DNA from: an uncultured Spirochaetota bacterium
GTDB taxonomy: Bacteria > Spirochaetota > B62-G9 > DRHN01
Assembly (NCBI GenBank): GCA_964424795.1
Contig: CAYRKG010000001.1
Span: 101,312-165,311 of the forward strand
Length of the DNA stretch: 64,000 nt
Direction of reading: 5' to 3'
Position numbers and translations under genes: made by a program. Each line of letters starts with the position of its first letter. The first letter of the stretch is position 1. Below the pieces are notes generated by a model. It saw only the letters and a list, made by a program, of their open reading frames with translations, searched no databases and had not been told where the DNA came from. Positions 47,633 to 56,912 of the stretch are shown one piece after another.

Positions 47633-48379
47633 TTAATCCATAAATAATCCACCATCTACATGCAATGTGACTCCAGTGATGTATTCAGCTTCTTTCGAAA
47701 CAAAAAAAACTACTGCATTAGCCACATCCTCTGGTCGTCCTATTTTCCCCAGGGGTATCATTTTGACCAAAGACTCTATCTCTTCGGCCGGCATGGCTCG
47801 CACCATTGGTGTATCAATACTACCAGGAGCAATGGCATTGACGGTTACCCCATAAGGACCCATCTCCTTTGCTAAACGTTTTGTAAAAGCAATCACTCCT
47901 GCTTTTGAGACCACATAATTTGCACCAGATAAGATCCCTCCAGTTTTGCCAGCTATAGAAGCAATATTCACAATATTTCCCGACTTCTGTTTTTTCATTT
48001 GTTTTATGACTGTCTTTGAGCAAAGAAACACACCTTTAAGATTCACATCTATCACTCTATCCCAATCTTCTTCCTTCAGCTCTTCTATGCTTCCACGATA
48101 AAAAATGCCTGCATTATTAACCAGAATATCGATCCTTCCAAAAGTTTCAAGAGTAGTTTTAGTCATCTGATTAACTTCTTCTTCTTTAGAGACATCTGCC
48201 TTAATATATATAGCTTTTCTACCCAAAGATATAATCTTTTTCCTTACCCTTTCACCTGCAGAAACATCAATGTCACTAACCACCACTTTGCATCCTTCTC
48301 CTGCCAGAGCCATACAGATAGCCCTTCCTAAACCTTTCCCACCACCAGTTATTATTGCTACTTTGTTCACCAATCTCAT
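47633..48379 (-). CDS. Short-chain dehydrogenase/reductase (FabG-like)
   Basis: 248 aa. TGGGKGLG, NNAG, YVVSKAG (YxxxK). GGAGG RBS. Confidence 0.85.
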   Translation of the reverse strand: MRLVNKVAIITGGGKGLGRAICMALAGEGCKVVVSDIDVSAGERVRKKIISLGRKAIYIKADVSKEEEVNQMTKTTLETFGRIDILVNNAGIFYRGSIEELKEEDWDRVIDVNLKGVFLCSKTVIKQMKKQKSGNIVNIASIAGKTGGILSGANYVVSKAGVIAFTKRLAKEMGPYGVTVNAIAPGSIDTPMVRAMPAEEIESLVKMIPLGKIGRPEDVANAVVFFVSKEAEYITGVTLHVDGGLFMD

Positions 48380-48482
48380 TGAAGTACCTCCCCTTATAGT
48401 CTTAGTTTAGTACTCAGATTCTGCATTAAAAGCTGTGATAACTGGTAACCACCACGAATCAAACTCTCCACATCTCATCCTT

Positions 48483-49619
48483 TTAAAAACCAGTCTTTAG
48501 ATTTATGGCGCATCCTTTTTTTGCAGATTCGTAGGTTTTTACCATAATCTCGAGAACATGTCGTGCGTGTTCACTACTAAGAAGAGGTTTTGTATCCTTC
48601 TCGATGCATTCAGCCAGATGAATAACACCATCAGCAAATGTCCATTCCATTGTATCCGGCACCCGAGTCTTAAAACGATAATTGGGAGTCAGCGAGCCGT
48701 GATATACTGGTTCAGGAATAAGCCAACCACTTAAGTTGTATTGTACTTCGTCTCTGAATATTCTCATCGGAACCTCATCATGTCCCGAGTAAAGATTAAT
48801 AACCCCCCTGCTGCCGTAGAGTTCCATACGAGGACCCCTGTCGGACAGAACACAATAAGTAGCATCCAAAGTCGCAAATACAGCCTTTCCAAAATCGAGC
48901 ATAATGTGCGTGTTATCATCAACCTCCTCTATTATTTTTTTACCTTTAACTGGGCCTGCTCTGACTATACGTTCTGGAATGGCTTTTCCTGAGAATGCTA
49001 TTACCCTCTTAGCGGGCCCAAGTATTCCCGTTATTATATGGAGAGGATAGACTGCCAAATCGAAAACAGGTCCACCATATTCTTTATAACACCAGCTGGG
49101 ATCGGTGGTACAATCAGCCCACCAGGCCACTCCCGGATGCGAAGCGCGAGCTCTGATAAAGCATATCTTACCAATGGCTCCTTCTTGTATCAGTGCCCTC
49201 AACTTTTTGGTCTCAGGATGAAGCATAAAAGGTGGTGCACATGCAATTTTGATCCTTGCCTTTCGAGCAGCCTCAATTATCCTATCAGCTTCACTAAGAG
49301 TAGTAGCAATTGGCTTTTCTGTGTAAACATGCTTACCGGCAGCAATAGCTTCCAAGGTACAGGAAGTATGCGCTTGAATGGGCGTTAAATTAACTACCAT
49401 ATCAATATCTGCATTTCTCAACATTTCCCTGTATTCGGTGTAGTACTTTCCAATGTTAAATTTTTCTGAAAGGTTTCTTGCCCTATCCTCAATATTGTCG
49501 CACACGGCTATAATATTAAATAATTCTTTGTGTGTAGTTTCTCTAAATCTAAACCCCGGAAAATATAGACGATCTGCGACATTTCCGCACCCTACTACGC
49601 CTACTTTTATTCCTTCCAT
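48483..49619 (-). CDS. Gfo/Idh/MocA-family oxidoreductase
   Basis: Start taken at MEGIKVGVVGCGNVA after an AAGGGA RBS; the track ORF extends to TTG 49664. EKP motif in YTEKPIA. Confidence 0.8.
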   Translation of the reverse strand: MEGIKVGVVGCGNVADRLYFPGFRFRETTHKELFNIIAVCDNIEDRARNLSEKFNIGKYYTEYREMLRNADIDMVVNLTPIQAHTSCTLEAIAAGKHVYTEKPIATTLSEADRIIEAARKARIKIACAPPFMLHPETKKLRALIQEGAIGKICFIRARASHPGVAWWADCTTDPSWCYKEYGGPVFDLAVYPLHIITGILGPAKRVIAFSGKAIPERIVRAGPVKGKKIIEEVDDNTHIMLDFGKAVFATLDATYCVLSDRGPRMELYGSRGVINLYSGHDEVPMRIFRDEVQYNLSGWLIPEPVYHGSLTPNYRFKTRVPDTMEWTFADGVIHLAECIEKDTKPLLSSEHARHVLEIMVKTYESAKKGCAINLKTGF

Positions 49620-49860
49620 TAGTTTTCCCTTTTTCTTTGGTTTATTATGAATATAAGATTCCAATCATTAAGGTTTCAAACCTTTCTTAGAGCAAGACTT
49701 TTTTTGCCCTATGCTCATGGCTCTTAACTAGTCATACCTCTGGCGATCCATTATCCAATATGCCGGATGACGCCTGCTACAGCCATTCCCTTACCAGCAA
49801 GCTCAGGAAATTACATGTAGAGTGCCTCCTGGTAAATAACGACTTCTCATGTAATCCCAT

Positions 49861-50628
49861 CTACATAATAGTCATACCGCCATCCACTGCTAGGAGGTGA
49901 CCGGTAACCATACTGGAGGCTTGTGAGGCCAGGAAAATTGCCGGACCTACTATCTCTTTTGGCTTACCCAATCGGCCCAGAGGTATAGTCGCCACTATAG
50001 AAGCCAGATGTGGTGAGTCAGGGTCAAGAAGATTTTTCATACTTGGTGTTTCGAACTGACAAGGAGCAATGGCATTCACCCGAATATTGTACTTCGCCCA
50101 TTCCACTGCGAGCATTCTGGTCATTGAGACAATGCCTCCTTTTGCGGCTGTATAGTGAGGCCCGCCACGGGGAAGTCCTACGACTGCAGCTGTAGAAGCA
50201 ATATTGATGATATTACCGCTTCTCTGTTTAATCATAATTCGGCCAACTCTCTGAGAGAAGAAAAACATTCCTTTCAGATCTACATCGATTATTCTATTCC
50301 AGTGTTCTTCTGTCACATCCTCTGAGGACTCCCTGATAAGAGTGAATGCATTATTGACAAGGATATCTATACACCCAAACTCTTTCATGGTGTATTCAAC
50401 TACTCTGTTTATATCTTTTATCTTACTGATGTCACAATGAATAAAAAGTGCTTTCTTACCAAAAGATTCTACTTTCTTAATGACTTCTGTCTGCTCTTCT
50501 TTCTTAATCTCCGCTATCACAACATGTGCGTCATATTGAGCAAAACCACAAGCTATGGCTTCTCCTAATCCACTCCCTGCACCAGTTATTATGGCCACCT
50601 TCCCATCAAGATTGAACAAATCACGCAT
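49861..50628 (-). CDS. Short-chain dehydrogenase/reductase
   Basis: ATG at 50628, giving MRDLFNLDGKVAIITGAGSGLG; the track ORF starts at TTG 50649. NNAF and YTAAKGG (YxxxK). Confidence 0.85.
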   Translation of the reverse strand: MRDLFNLDGKVAIITGAGSGLGEAIACGFAQYDAHVVIAEIKKEEQTEVIKKVESFGKKALFIHCDISKIKDINRVVEYTMKEFGCIDILVNNAFTLIRESSEDVTEEHWNRIIDVDLKGMFFFSQRVGRIMIKQRSGNIINIASTAAVVGLPRGGPHYTAAKGGIVSMTRMLAVEWAKYNIRVNAIAPCQFETPSMKNLLDPDSPHLASIVATIPLGRLGKPKEIVGPAIFLASQASSMVTGHLLAVDGGMTIM

Positions 50629-50632
50629 CAGT

Positions 50633-51628
50633 TCATCTCTCTTGAACAATTTTTTTGACCGCCTGAATTATTCGTTCCTTGTTTGGAACGACAAAATTAG
50701 CCATCACAGGACTGAAAGGTATAGGTACATGATGAGTGTTTACCCTTTTAATGGGAGCATCCAGATAGGCAAAAGCATCATCAGCAACCATAGCGGCAAT
50801 TTCTGCACTAAATCCACAGGCAGAGTATCCCTCATCCACAATTACAAGGTGTCTTGTCTTTCTCACAGATTCAATAATAGTGTCCATATCGAGAGGCCAT
50901 AGTGTACGAGGATCAATGACTTCCAGGGAAATCCCATCTCCCTGCAAGTCATTTGCAACATCCAGTGCGTAATGTACCATCAGACCAGTGGCTACTAAAG
51001 TTGCATCAGAACCGGCTCTTTTAATATCTGCCTCTCCCAGAGGGACAACATATTCCTCCTCTGGAACGGGCCCTTTTACCTTGAAAAGTCCCTTATGTTC
51101 CAGATATATCACAGGATCGTCATCCCGAACTGCACTAATCAAAAGCCCTTTAGCATCGTAAGGGGTTGAAGGAAGAACAACCTTGAGCCCTGGTGTATGA
51201 ATGAACCAAGCATAGAACGATTGCGAGTGATGAGGCCCCATTGCATTTAAGGACCCTTGCAACGTTCCACAACTAGCTCGAATAACTAAGGGTACCCTTA
51301 GCTGACCTTTGGACATCCATCTCATTTTAGCCGCCATATTCACAATCTGATCCATCGCTACCAGGGAGAAATCCAGAAACATAAGATCTACGATAGGCCT
51401 CATTCCACACACAGCAGCTCCAACCCCTACCCCAGTAAATGCTGATTCTGAGATAGGAGTATCCCGTACTCTCTCGTCCCCAAATTCCTCCCACAGTCCT
51501 GCTGTCTGCTTAAAGGCACTCCCCCGAGGACCAATTCCTTCCCCAATTAGAAACACTGATTTGTCCTTCTGGAGTTCATTTCTTAATGCCTCCCGTATAG
51601 CTTCAAGTAAAGTGACTTCTCGAATCAC
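50633..51628 (-). CDS. 2-oxoacid (acetoin/pyruvate-type) dehydrogenase E1 beta subunit
   Basis: 331 aa, GTG start after GGAGG. LLEAIREAL..., GEGIG, DTPISE, and a transketolase-like C-terminal domain. Confidence 0.85.
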   Translation of the reverse strand: MIREVTLLEAIREALRNELQKDKSVFLIGEGIGPRGSAFKQTAGLWEEFGDERVRDTPISESAFTGVGVGAAVCGMRPIVDLMFLDFSLVAMDQIVNMAAKMRWMSKGQLRVPLVIRASCGTLQGSLNAMGPHHSQSFYAWFIHTPGLKVVLPSTPYDAKGLLISAVRDDDPVIYLEHKGLFKVKGPVPEEEYVVPLGEADIKRAGSDATLVATGLMVHYALDVANDLQGDGISLEVIDPRTLWPLDMDTIIESVRKTRHLVIVDEGYSACGFSAEIAAMVADDAFAYLDAPIKRVNTHHVPIPFSPVMANFVVPNKERIIQAVKKIVQER

Positions 51629-51740
51629 ACTTATCCTCCGGTTGTCGTAATGTTTTTACCTTAATTAGTTATAGAATCATGAAAATAGCGTTTATCTCTT
51701 ATTTAACAGCACACCTTGCTATCTCGTCAATTCATGAAAC

Positions 51741-52691
51741 TTAAATCAAGGCACTTTCTGGTTTGGGCCAAGGACTCTTTGATGCAAAACGCGCTGCCTC
51801 TTGTACTCTTTCCCTGATTGAATCCTCCAGCCTCTGCAGCTTTTCCTTTTGAACAATGTTCTCGGTGAGAAGCAATCTTAGCATTTTAGGAACCGGGTCT
51901 TCTAGTTTCCATCTTTCCACTTCTTTCTTTGTTCTGTATGAAGTACCAGGATCACCATCAAAGTGACCATAGAAGCGATAAGTTTTGCATTCAATCAGTA
52001 TTGGACCCTTACCGCTTCTTGCCCTCTTTACGGCTTTCAAAGCCTTCTCATATACATCTAAGACATCCATCCCGTCAGCTATTACTCCAGGTATGCTGTA
52101 ACTATCTGCCCGTACTGCGATGTTGTCTACTGAGGTCGATCTCTTGGTAGAAGTCGGTCCTGCATAAAGGTTATTCTCACACACAAAGATCACAGGAAGT
52201 TTCCATAATGAGGCTAAATTGAGACTTTCATGAAAAGTACCTTGATTACACGCACCATCTCCAAAAAAGCTGACAGTAACTCGCCCCGTGTCCTGTAGCT
52301 TGGATTGGAGAGCTGCTCCGACTGCCATTGGTATCGCCCCACCCACGATTCCGGATGAACCCAGAAATCCTATTTCTGGAATGTATATGTGCATACTTCC
52401 ACCTCTACCTCCGCAATAACCAGTATCCCTGCCACAAATTTCGGCCATCAGTTTACCCAGGTCAGCCCCCTTTGCTATACAGTGACCGTGACATCTATGA
52501 GTACTCACCACATAGTCATCTTTCCGAAGAGCACCAATAAAACCTGCAGCTACAGCCTCCTCTCCCACATATACATGGACATGTCCTGGCGCGCTGGCTT
52601 CTCGGAACATCTGGATAGCCTTTTCTTCAAAAAGCCTCATCTCCAACATCATCATGTAGAGCTCTATCTTCTTTTTAGAGGATATTTCCAT
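51741..52691 (-). CDS. 2-oxoacid dehydrogenase E1 alpha subunit (TPP-binding)
   Basis: Start at MEISSKK after a GGGAGGG RBS; the track ORF extends to 52757. TPP motif GDGACNQGTFHESLNLASLWKLPVIFVCENN. Confidence 0.85.
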   Translation of the reverse strand: MEISSKKKIELYMMMLEMRLFEEKAIQMFREASAPGHVHVYVGEEAVAAGFIGALRKDDYVVSTHRCHGHCIAKGADLGKLMAEICGRDTGYCGGRGGSMHIYIPEIGFLGSSGIVGGAIPMAVGAALQSKLQDTGRVTVSFFGDGACNQGTFHESLNLASLWKLPVIFVCENNLYAGPTSTKRSTSVDNIAVRADSYSIPGVIADGMDVLDVYEKALKAVKRARSGKGPILIECKTYRFYGHFDGDPGTSYRTKKEVERWKLEDPVPKMLRLLLTENIVQKEKLQRLEDSIRERVQEAARFASKSPWPKPESALI

Positions 52692-52985
52692 ATCTGTCCC
52701 TCCCTGGAAATCGGGCTTCTCATTTTTCCGATCTCGATTGTTATATCTCTTCTTCATTCAAAATCTGAAACGTTCGTATTTCTAACATTCCCAACATATC
52801 TTGTTCTTTAATTATAGAGTACCCCCTCTTATTCTTGTCTCAATGAAGTCTCCTGTGTTACTGCTGAGGGCCCTCGTAGAAAAGTCTGTCAAAGTTCTAT
52901 TCATTAATCCTTCTTATTTGTTGCAGTGCTATTACGAATATTTTTACAAAACTTATCAATACATATGTAAACAAAATAAAAATTG

Positions 52986-53095
52986 AAAAAGCATAAGATA
53001 ACCATATAACGGTTGTAATCGCTATTCAGAACCATTTCATGCTTAGAGAGCTGGGCCTTGATTCACAATCATACTATACTAAGACAAATGTTACA
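52986..53095 (-). repeat. Intergenic hairpin repeat, copy R1
   Basis: The 78-nt core ATCGCTATTCAGAACCATTTCATGCTTAGAGAGCTGGGCC...AAATGTTACA matches R2 at 62/78 positions, counted by hand. Confidence 0.7.
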
Positions 53096-53112
53096 GATTA
53101 TTTTTTATTGTT

Positions 53113-53349
53113 TTAGGGAATTTCCTCAGCTTCCTCTCCAATATATGCAATAATTTCACCAACCGGTATTTCCTCGCCCTCAGTAATAATTATTTTTTTG
53201 AGTATGCCAGAATAATTTGCCTCTACTTCTATGGTTACCTTATCTGTCATTACTTCAAATAGAATTTCTTTTTCATTAATAAAATCGCCTTCTTTTTTAT
53301 GCCATTTTACAATAGTTCCTGATTGCATTGTAAGACCCAATTTTGGCAT
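53113..53349 (-). CDS. Free-standing lipoyl-attachment domain protein (E2 N-terminal domain only)
   Basis: MPKLGLTMQSGTIVKWHKKEGDFINEKEILFEVMTDKVTIEVEA carries the lipoyl-lysine context TDK. The protein is 78 aa from this ATG, and the track ORF (102 aa) begins at TTG 53421. There is no E2 catalytic domain. Confidence 0.7.
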   Translation of the reverse strand: MPKLGLTMQSGTIVKWHKKEGDFINEKEILFEVMTDKVTIEVEANYSGILKKIIITEGEEIPVGEIIAYIGEEAEEIP

Positions 53350-53431
53350 TTTTATTTCATGCACTATTTTAATACCTCTTAATTTCAAATTATATATTGT
53401 TATTTTATCATGATTGCCCAAAACAGAAATT

Positions 53432-53541
53432 AAAAAAGCCCAACGTAAGCATATGATGGTTTTGATCGCTATTCATAACCATTTAATGCATAGGAAGTTG
53501 GGCTTCGAGTTACAACCATACCATAATGAGTTAAATGTTAC
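53432..53541 (-). repeat. Intergenic hairpin repeat, copy R2 (terminator-like on the minus strand)
   Basis: AGCCCAAC (53437-53444) and GTTGGGCT (53497-53504) enclose 52 nt, the same spacing as R3. A T-run follows on the minus strand. Confidence 0.7.
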
Positions 53542-53619
53542 AAAATATCTTTGAAATTTGAATTCTAAAAAGCCGTCAATGAAAATAAAACCGAATTCCA
53601 TAAACATGGATTCCGTCTT

Positions 53620-53803
53620 TGGAATCATTTCATTGCGATGCTCTTTGGCCAGATATCCGGTCAATACAGTCAATCAGGGCTGGCCTCACAGTCACAATCC
53701 ACCTACCTTCTTGGGGCAGGGTCAGTACACCGCCCAAACCCTATCCTATGCCAATGAGCATCGCTATCATAACCAGACCTCTTCTCGGTTATTTGAAATT
53801 CAT
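53620..53803 (-). pseudogene. Relic of an OppB/DppB-type ABC permease N-terminus
   Basis: One frame reads MNFK*PRRGLVMIAMLIGIG*GLGGVLTLPQEG.... This fits the M..F..RR.L..IP.L.G(I/V)......L.PGD pattern of peptide permeases. It has two in-frame stops and is truncated. Confidence 0.45.
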
Positions 53804-53899
53804 ATCCAAGTTTCAATGATCATTATACGATGAGCTCTATTCTTCCGATGTAAAATCCCATACTCAAGCATAAATTAGCGTTCTGTACTGATGCTCAAC

Positions 53900-55537
53900 T
53901 CATTCCCATTCGCTCTTGAAGTATAGCCTCCGAAACTCCTGGAGACCTCCATAAGGACAGAAGTTCTCAGCTCCACCAACATCCTTGTTCAGTGCATTAT
54001 AATAGTTTGCCTGCGCAATAGGCATGAGCCCGGCTTCCTGCAGGACAATACGCTGAGCTTCCTGGTAGAGCTTTGCTCTTTGCCCTTCATCTGTTATTTC
54101 GAGAGCCTGCAAGTGTAACTTACTAACGGTGGGATTTTCATACCAGGAGGCACCTATATAGGTTCCAAATGCTCTGCCGTCAGCAAGTCTAGACCAGTGG
54201 TCTGGATCGATGTAGAAAGGACTGAGCCCCAATATACCAATATGGTAGGCAGTTTCCGGTTTGGCAACTTCTTCACAGTAAGTTGGCCAGGTAACATATT
54301 TCATTGTCGCTTCTATACCGAGCTGATTAAGTCCAGCTACCATCATCTCAGCACTTACACGGTCAAACTCGACCCCTTTACAAATCCCGATTACCAAAGG
54401 CTCATATTTTTTATAATCTATCTCACATTTAGCAAGCTCTTCACGTGCCTTATCCAAGTCATAGCTGTAATGAAACTCCTTGTCGGGATCAAGGGAACCA
54501 AAAAGTGCATTTGGTATGTAGCCAATGTTGCGTTCCATGTAGCCGTGCATCAAGTCTTCGATAATTGTGTCATAGTCGTAAGCGTACAATATCGCTTTCC
54601 TGAAGTGGACGTCACTTGTCGGAGGTCTACGATTGTTAATTGAATTAAACTTGATATATGGACTGGGAGCCTTCATATCTTGGAGCAGCGGCGATTTCAT
54701 CAGATCCTGCATCTCTACGTAACTCTTTGTCACTGGTGAGAAATGATAGGTGCCTTTTTTAAGACCGACGATTCGCGTAGCAGTCTCATACACCAGTTCA
54801 ACCCGAACCTCTGACAAGTGTGGTTGATTCCAGCCATTGAAATAATCATCGAACTTCTCACAGGTCCAATAGCTTCCCGGCTCCCATTCTGTAAGTACGT
54901 AGGCGCCTGTTCCCACACCATCTTTACCGAGCCGAGTGCCGTTAGTCGCCAACCACTTGTTTCCATAATCGCCATTCTCCTCATGACGTTGCAAGACATC
55001 TTTATTCAACACAAATATAAACTGCGTGAAACCAGCAAAGGGAGAGAAAGGTTGTGTCAGGTGAAATTTAACCGTGTATTTATCAACTGCCTCAGTAGCT
55101 CCCGATTTCAGGAACTTGCTCAAAGTACCTGCCATCCCTTTTCCTCCATGGAGGAGTTTCTCTGTAGAATAAACAACGTCTTCCGCTGTCATTTCAGACC
55201 CATCATGAAAAAGCACCCCTTTCCTTAAATGGAAAGTCCACTCTTTCGCCGCAGGTCCCACCTCCCATGATTCTGCAAGCCACGGCTTCAATACTGGTGG
55301 GCTCCCTTGAAATCGTGTTAAGCCATCATACATATTCATCCTTACTATTGCCCTGGTGTAATCCGCATGTTCATGAGGATCCATTGACTTGGCCTCAGCG
55401 AATACAGCAATAACAAAAATCTTCCCTGCCTTTTCCTCAGCACCAATGAGAAAGAATCCTGCAAGTAATGAAAGCGATAAAAATGCTACTAATAGCACTT
55501 TCCAAGACCTTTTTTTCCTAAACTTTCCTTCTATCAT
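53900..55537 (-). CDS. ABC transporter substrate-binding protein, family 5 (peptide/nickel/oligosaccharide type)
   Basis: 545 aa with a signal anchor (WKVLLVAFLSLSLLAGFFLIG) and SBP_bac_5-like size and layout. GC-rich relative to the window. Confidence 0.75.
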   Translation of the reverse strand: MIEGKFRKKRSWKVLLVAFLSLSLLAGFFLIGAEEKAGKIFVIAVFAEAKSMDPHEHADYTRAIVRMNMYDGLTRFQGSPPVLKPWLAESWEVGPAAKEWTFHLRKGVLFHDGSEMTAEDVVYSTEKLLHGGKGMAGTLSKFLKSGATEAVDKYTVKFHLTQPFSPFAGFTQFIFVLNKDVLQRHEENGDYGNKWLATNGTRLGKDGVGTGAYVLTEWEPGSYWTCEKFDDYFNGWNQPHLSEVRVELVYETATRIVGLKKGTYHFSPVTKSYVEMQDLMKSPLLQDMKAPSPYIKFNSINNRRPPTSDVHFRKAILYAYDYDTIIEDLMHGYMERNIGYIPNALFGSLDPDKEFHYSYDLDKAREELAKCEIDYKKYEPLVIGICKGVEFDRVSAEMMVAGLNQLGIEATMKYVTWPTYCEEVAKPETAYHIGILGLSPFYIDPDHWSRLADGRAFGTYIGASWYENPTVSKLHLQALEITDEGQRAKLYQEAQRIVLQEAGLMPIAQANYYNALNKDVGGAENFCPYGGLQEFRRLYFKSEWE

Positions 55538-55665
55538 TTTTTTCTCCTTTCAGATAGATACTAAATTTAATGATCTATCTAATTTTTCTAAAAAAGCTTT
55601 CCTTTCGTTTTAACTATTCGACCAGTTATTTCTTTAAATCTCACCTCCTTTCGTAGGTTTTACTA

Positions 55666-56841
55666 TCATCCCACCACTCCCTCAAAGACCCGTAAGAAAT
55701 TGCCCCCGATGATTTTCTCGATTTCATCATCGGAGTAACCCCTTGAAACAAGCCCCCTTGTGATATTTGGCCAATCTTCCCATTTATAGCCTTTCAAGGG
55801 GAGCAAGATATCGTTTCGATGTTCTGGTCTAAATCCAGACATATTTGCATATTCTTTGTTGAGTGCTTTCGCTAAAACCAGCATATGGTTCATTCCAGAA
55901 AAATCGGTTCCTATTCCAACAGAGTCTATGCCCCCCACTTTAACTGCATGATCAATGTGATCTAATACATCATCAAGACTGGGGTTACTTTCAGCGATAA
56001 AGCCCGGAAGAACCAGAATCCCTATGTATCCTCCTTTTTCAGCTACTGCCTTTATTTCTTCATCAGTTTTTGCCCGACTATGATCATACACTGATTTACA
56101 AATCGTATGTGTCATAGCAATGGGAACTTTGGAAACCTCAACAGCATCCATAGTCGTTTGATGACTACAATGAGAAGTATCAATAAGGATCCCCAGTTGA
56201 TTCATCTTTTCGACTACCTCTACACCCAAGTAGCTTAACCCACCATCGTTCCGGTCGGTACATCCCCCTGCCACCGAATTCGTTTCATTATAGGCTAGGG
56301 TAATAATACGAATTCCCAAATCATAGAAAAGTTCCAAATTGGCTAACCTATCACAAAGGTCTAGATTGACCTGATCATTGAAAAAATGAGTTGTATTTTG
56401 TAAATTCGAAATAACAGCAGTTCTTCCTTCTTTCTTTAGTTGCCTGATATTATTAGCCTTAGTAACTGGTTTCAAGAAATCAAAATCGTTGCACAGTTTG
56501 TGGAAAAAGGCTAAATCTCTGATAGCTACTTCGTAAGAGTAGCGAGGTAATCCATGACTTCCCATAGTAATGCAGATACCATTCACCCCTGATTTTTGTA
56601 TCGTTTTAATAACGGCCTTTTGGTATTGAGGATCTCTCGCTATCCGGGAAAACTTCATTCGAATTTCTTGTGCCTGAATTTCAAGTATAGGTCCACCTGC
56701 CTCAATCAAAGCGGTAATTTTGGGGATTGCCTCTGACATTACCGGAAACAAATCCTCAAATAAAACTTGAGAATCAACAACACAGGCTTTTTGATGAATT
56801 TCTTTCGCCCTTTCTTCCTGTTCTTTATTCAAAACAAACAT
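55666..56841 (-). CDS. Peptidase M19 (renal dipeptidase) family homologue with atypical metal-ligand positions
   Basis: Start at MFVLNKEQ after GAAGGTG; the track ORF extends to TTG 56877. The conserved LIDTSHCS, IAMTHT and IGTDFSG blocks are present, but the N-terminal DGHND-type motif reads VDSQVL. Confidence 0.6.
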   Translation of the reverse strand: MFVLNKEQEERAKEIHQKACVVDSQVLFEDLFPVMSEAIPKITALIEAGGPILEIQAQEIRMKFSRIARDPQYQKAVIKTIQKSGVNGICITMGSHGLPRYSYEVAIRDLAFFHKLCNDFDFLKPVTKANNIRQLKKEGRTAVISNLQNTTHFFNDQVNLDLCDRLANLELFYDLGIRIITLAYNETNSVAGGCTDRNDGGLSYLGVEVVEKMNQLGILIDTSHCSHQTTMDAVEVSKVPIAMTHTICKSVYDHSRAKTDEEIKAVAEKGGYIGILVLPGFIAESNPSLDDVLDHIDHAVKVGGIDSVGIGTDFSGMNHMLVLAKALNKEYANMSGFRPEHRNDILLPLKGYKWEDWPNITRGLVSRGYSDDEIEKIIGGNFLRVFEGVVG

Positions 56842-56912
56842 TTTTAAAGCACCTTCACAGCTGTTATTTTGTCTCAAGCTTAGCAGTTCTCATCTAAAGC
56901 AGCGCTCAGCTA

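Noticed and set aside
49700-49860. Possible decayed SDR N-terminus (..ELAGKGMAVAGVIRHIG*) on the minus strand upstream of the SDR gene
   Set aside because: There is only a ~15-aa loose match to the GK.A.VTG...GIG pattern, it needs a frameshift, and it is too weak to report as a pseudogene.
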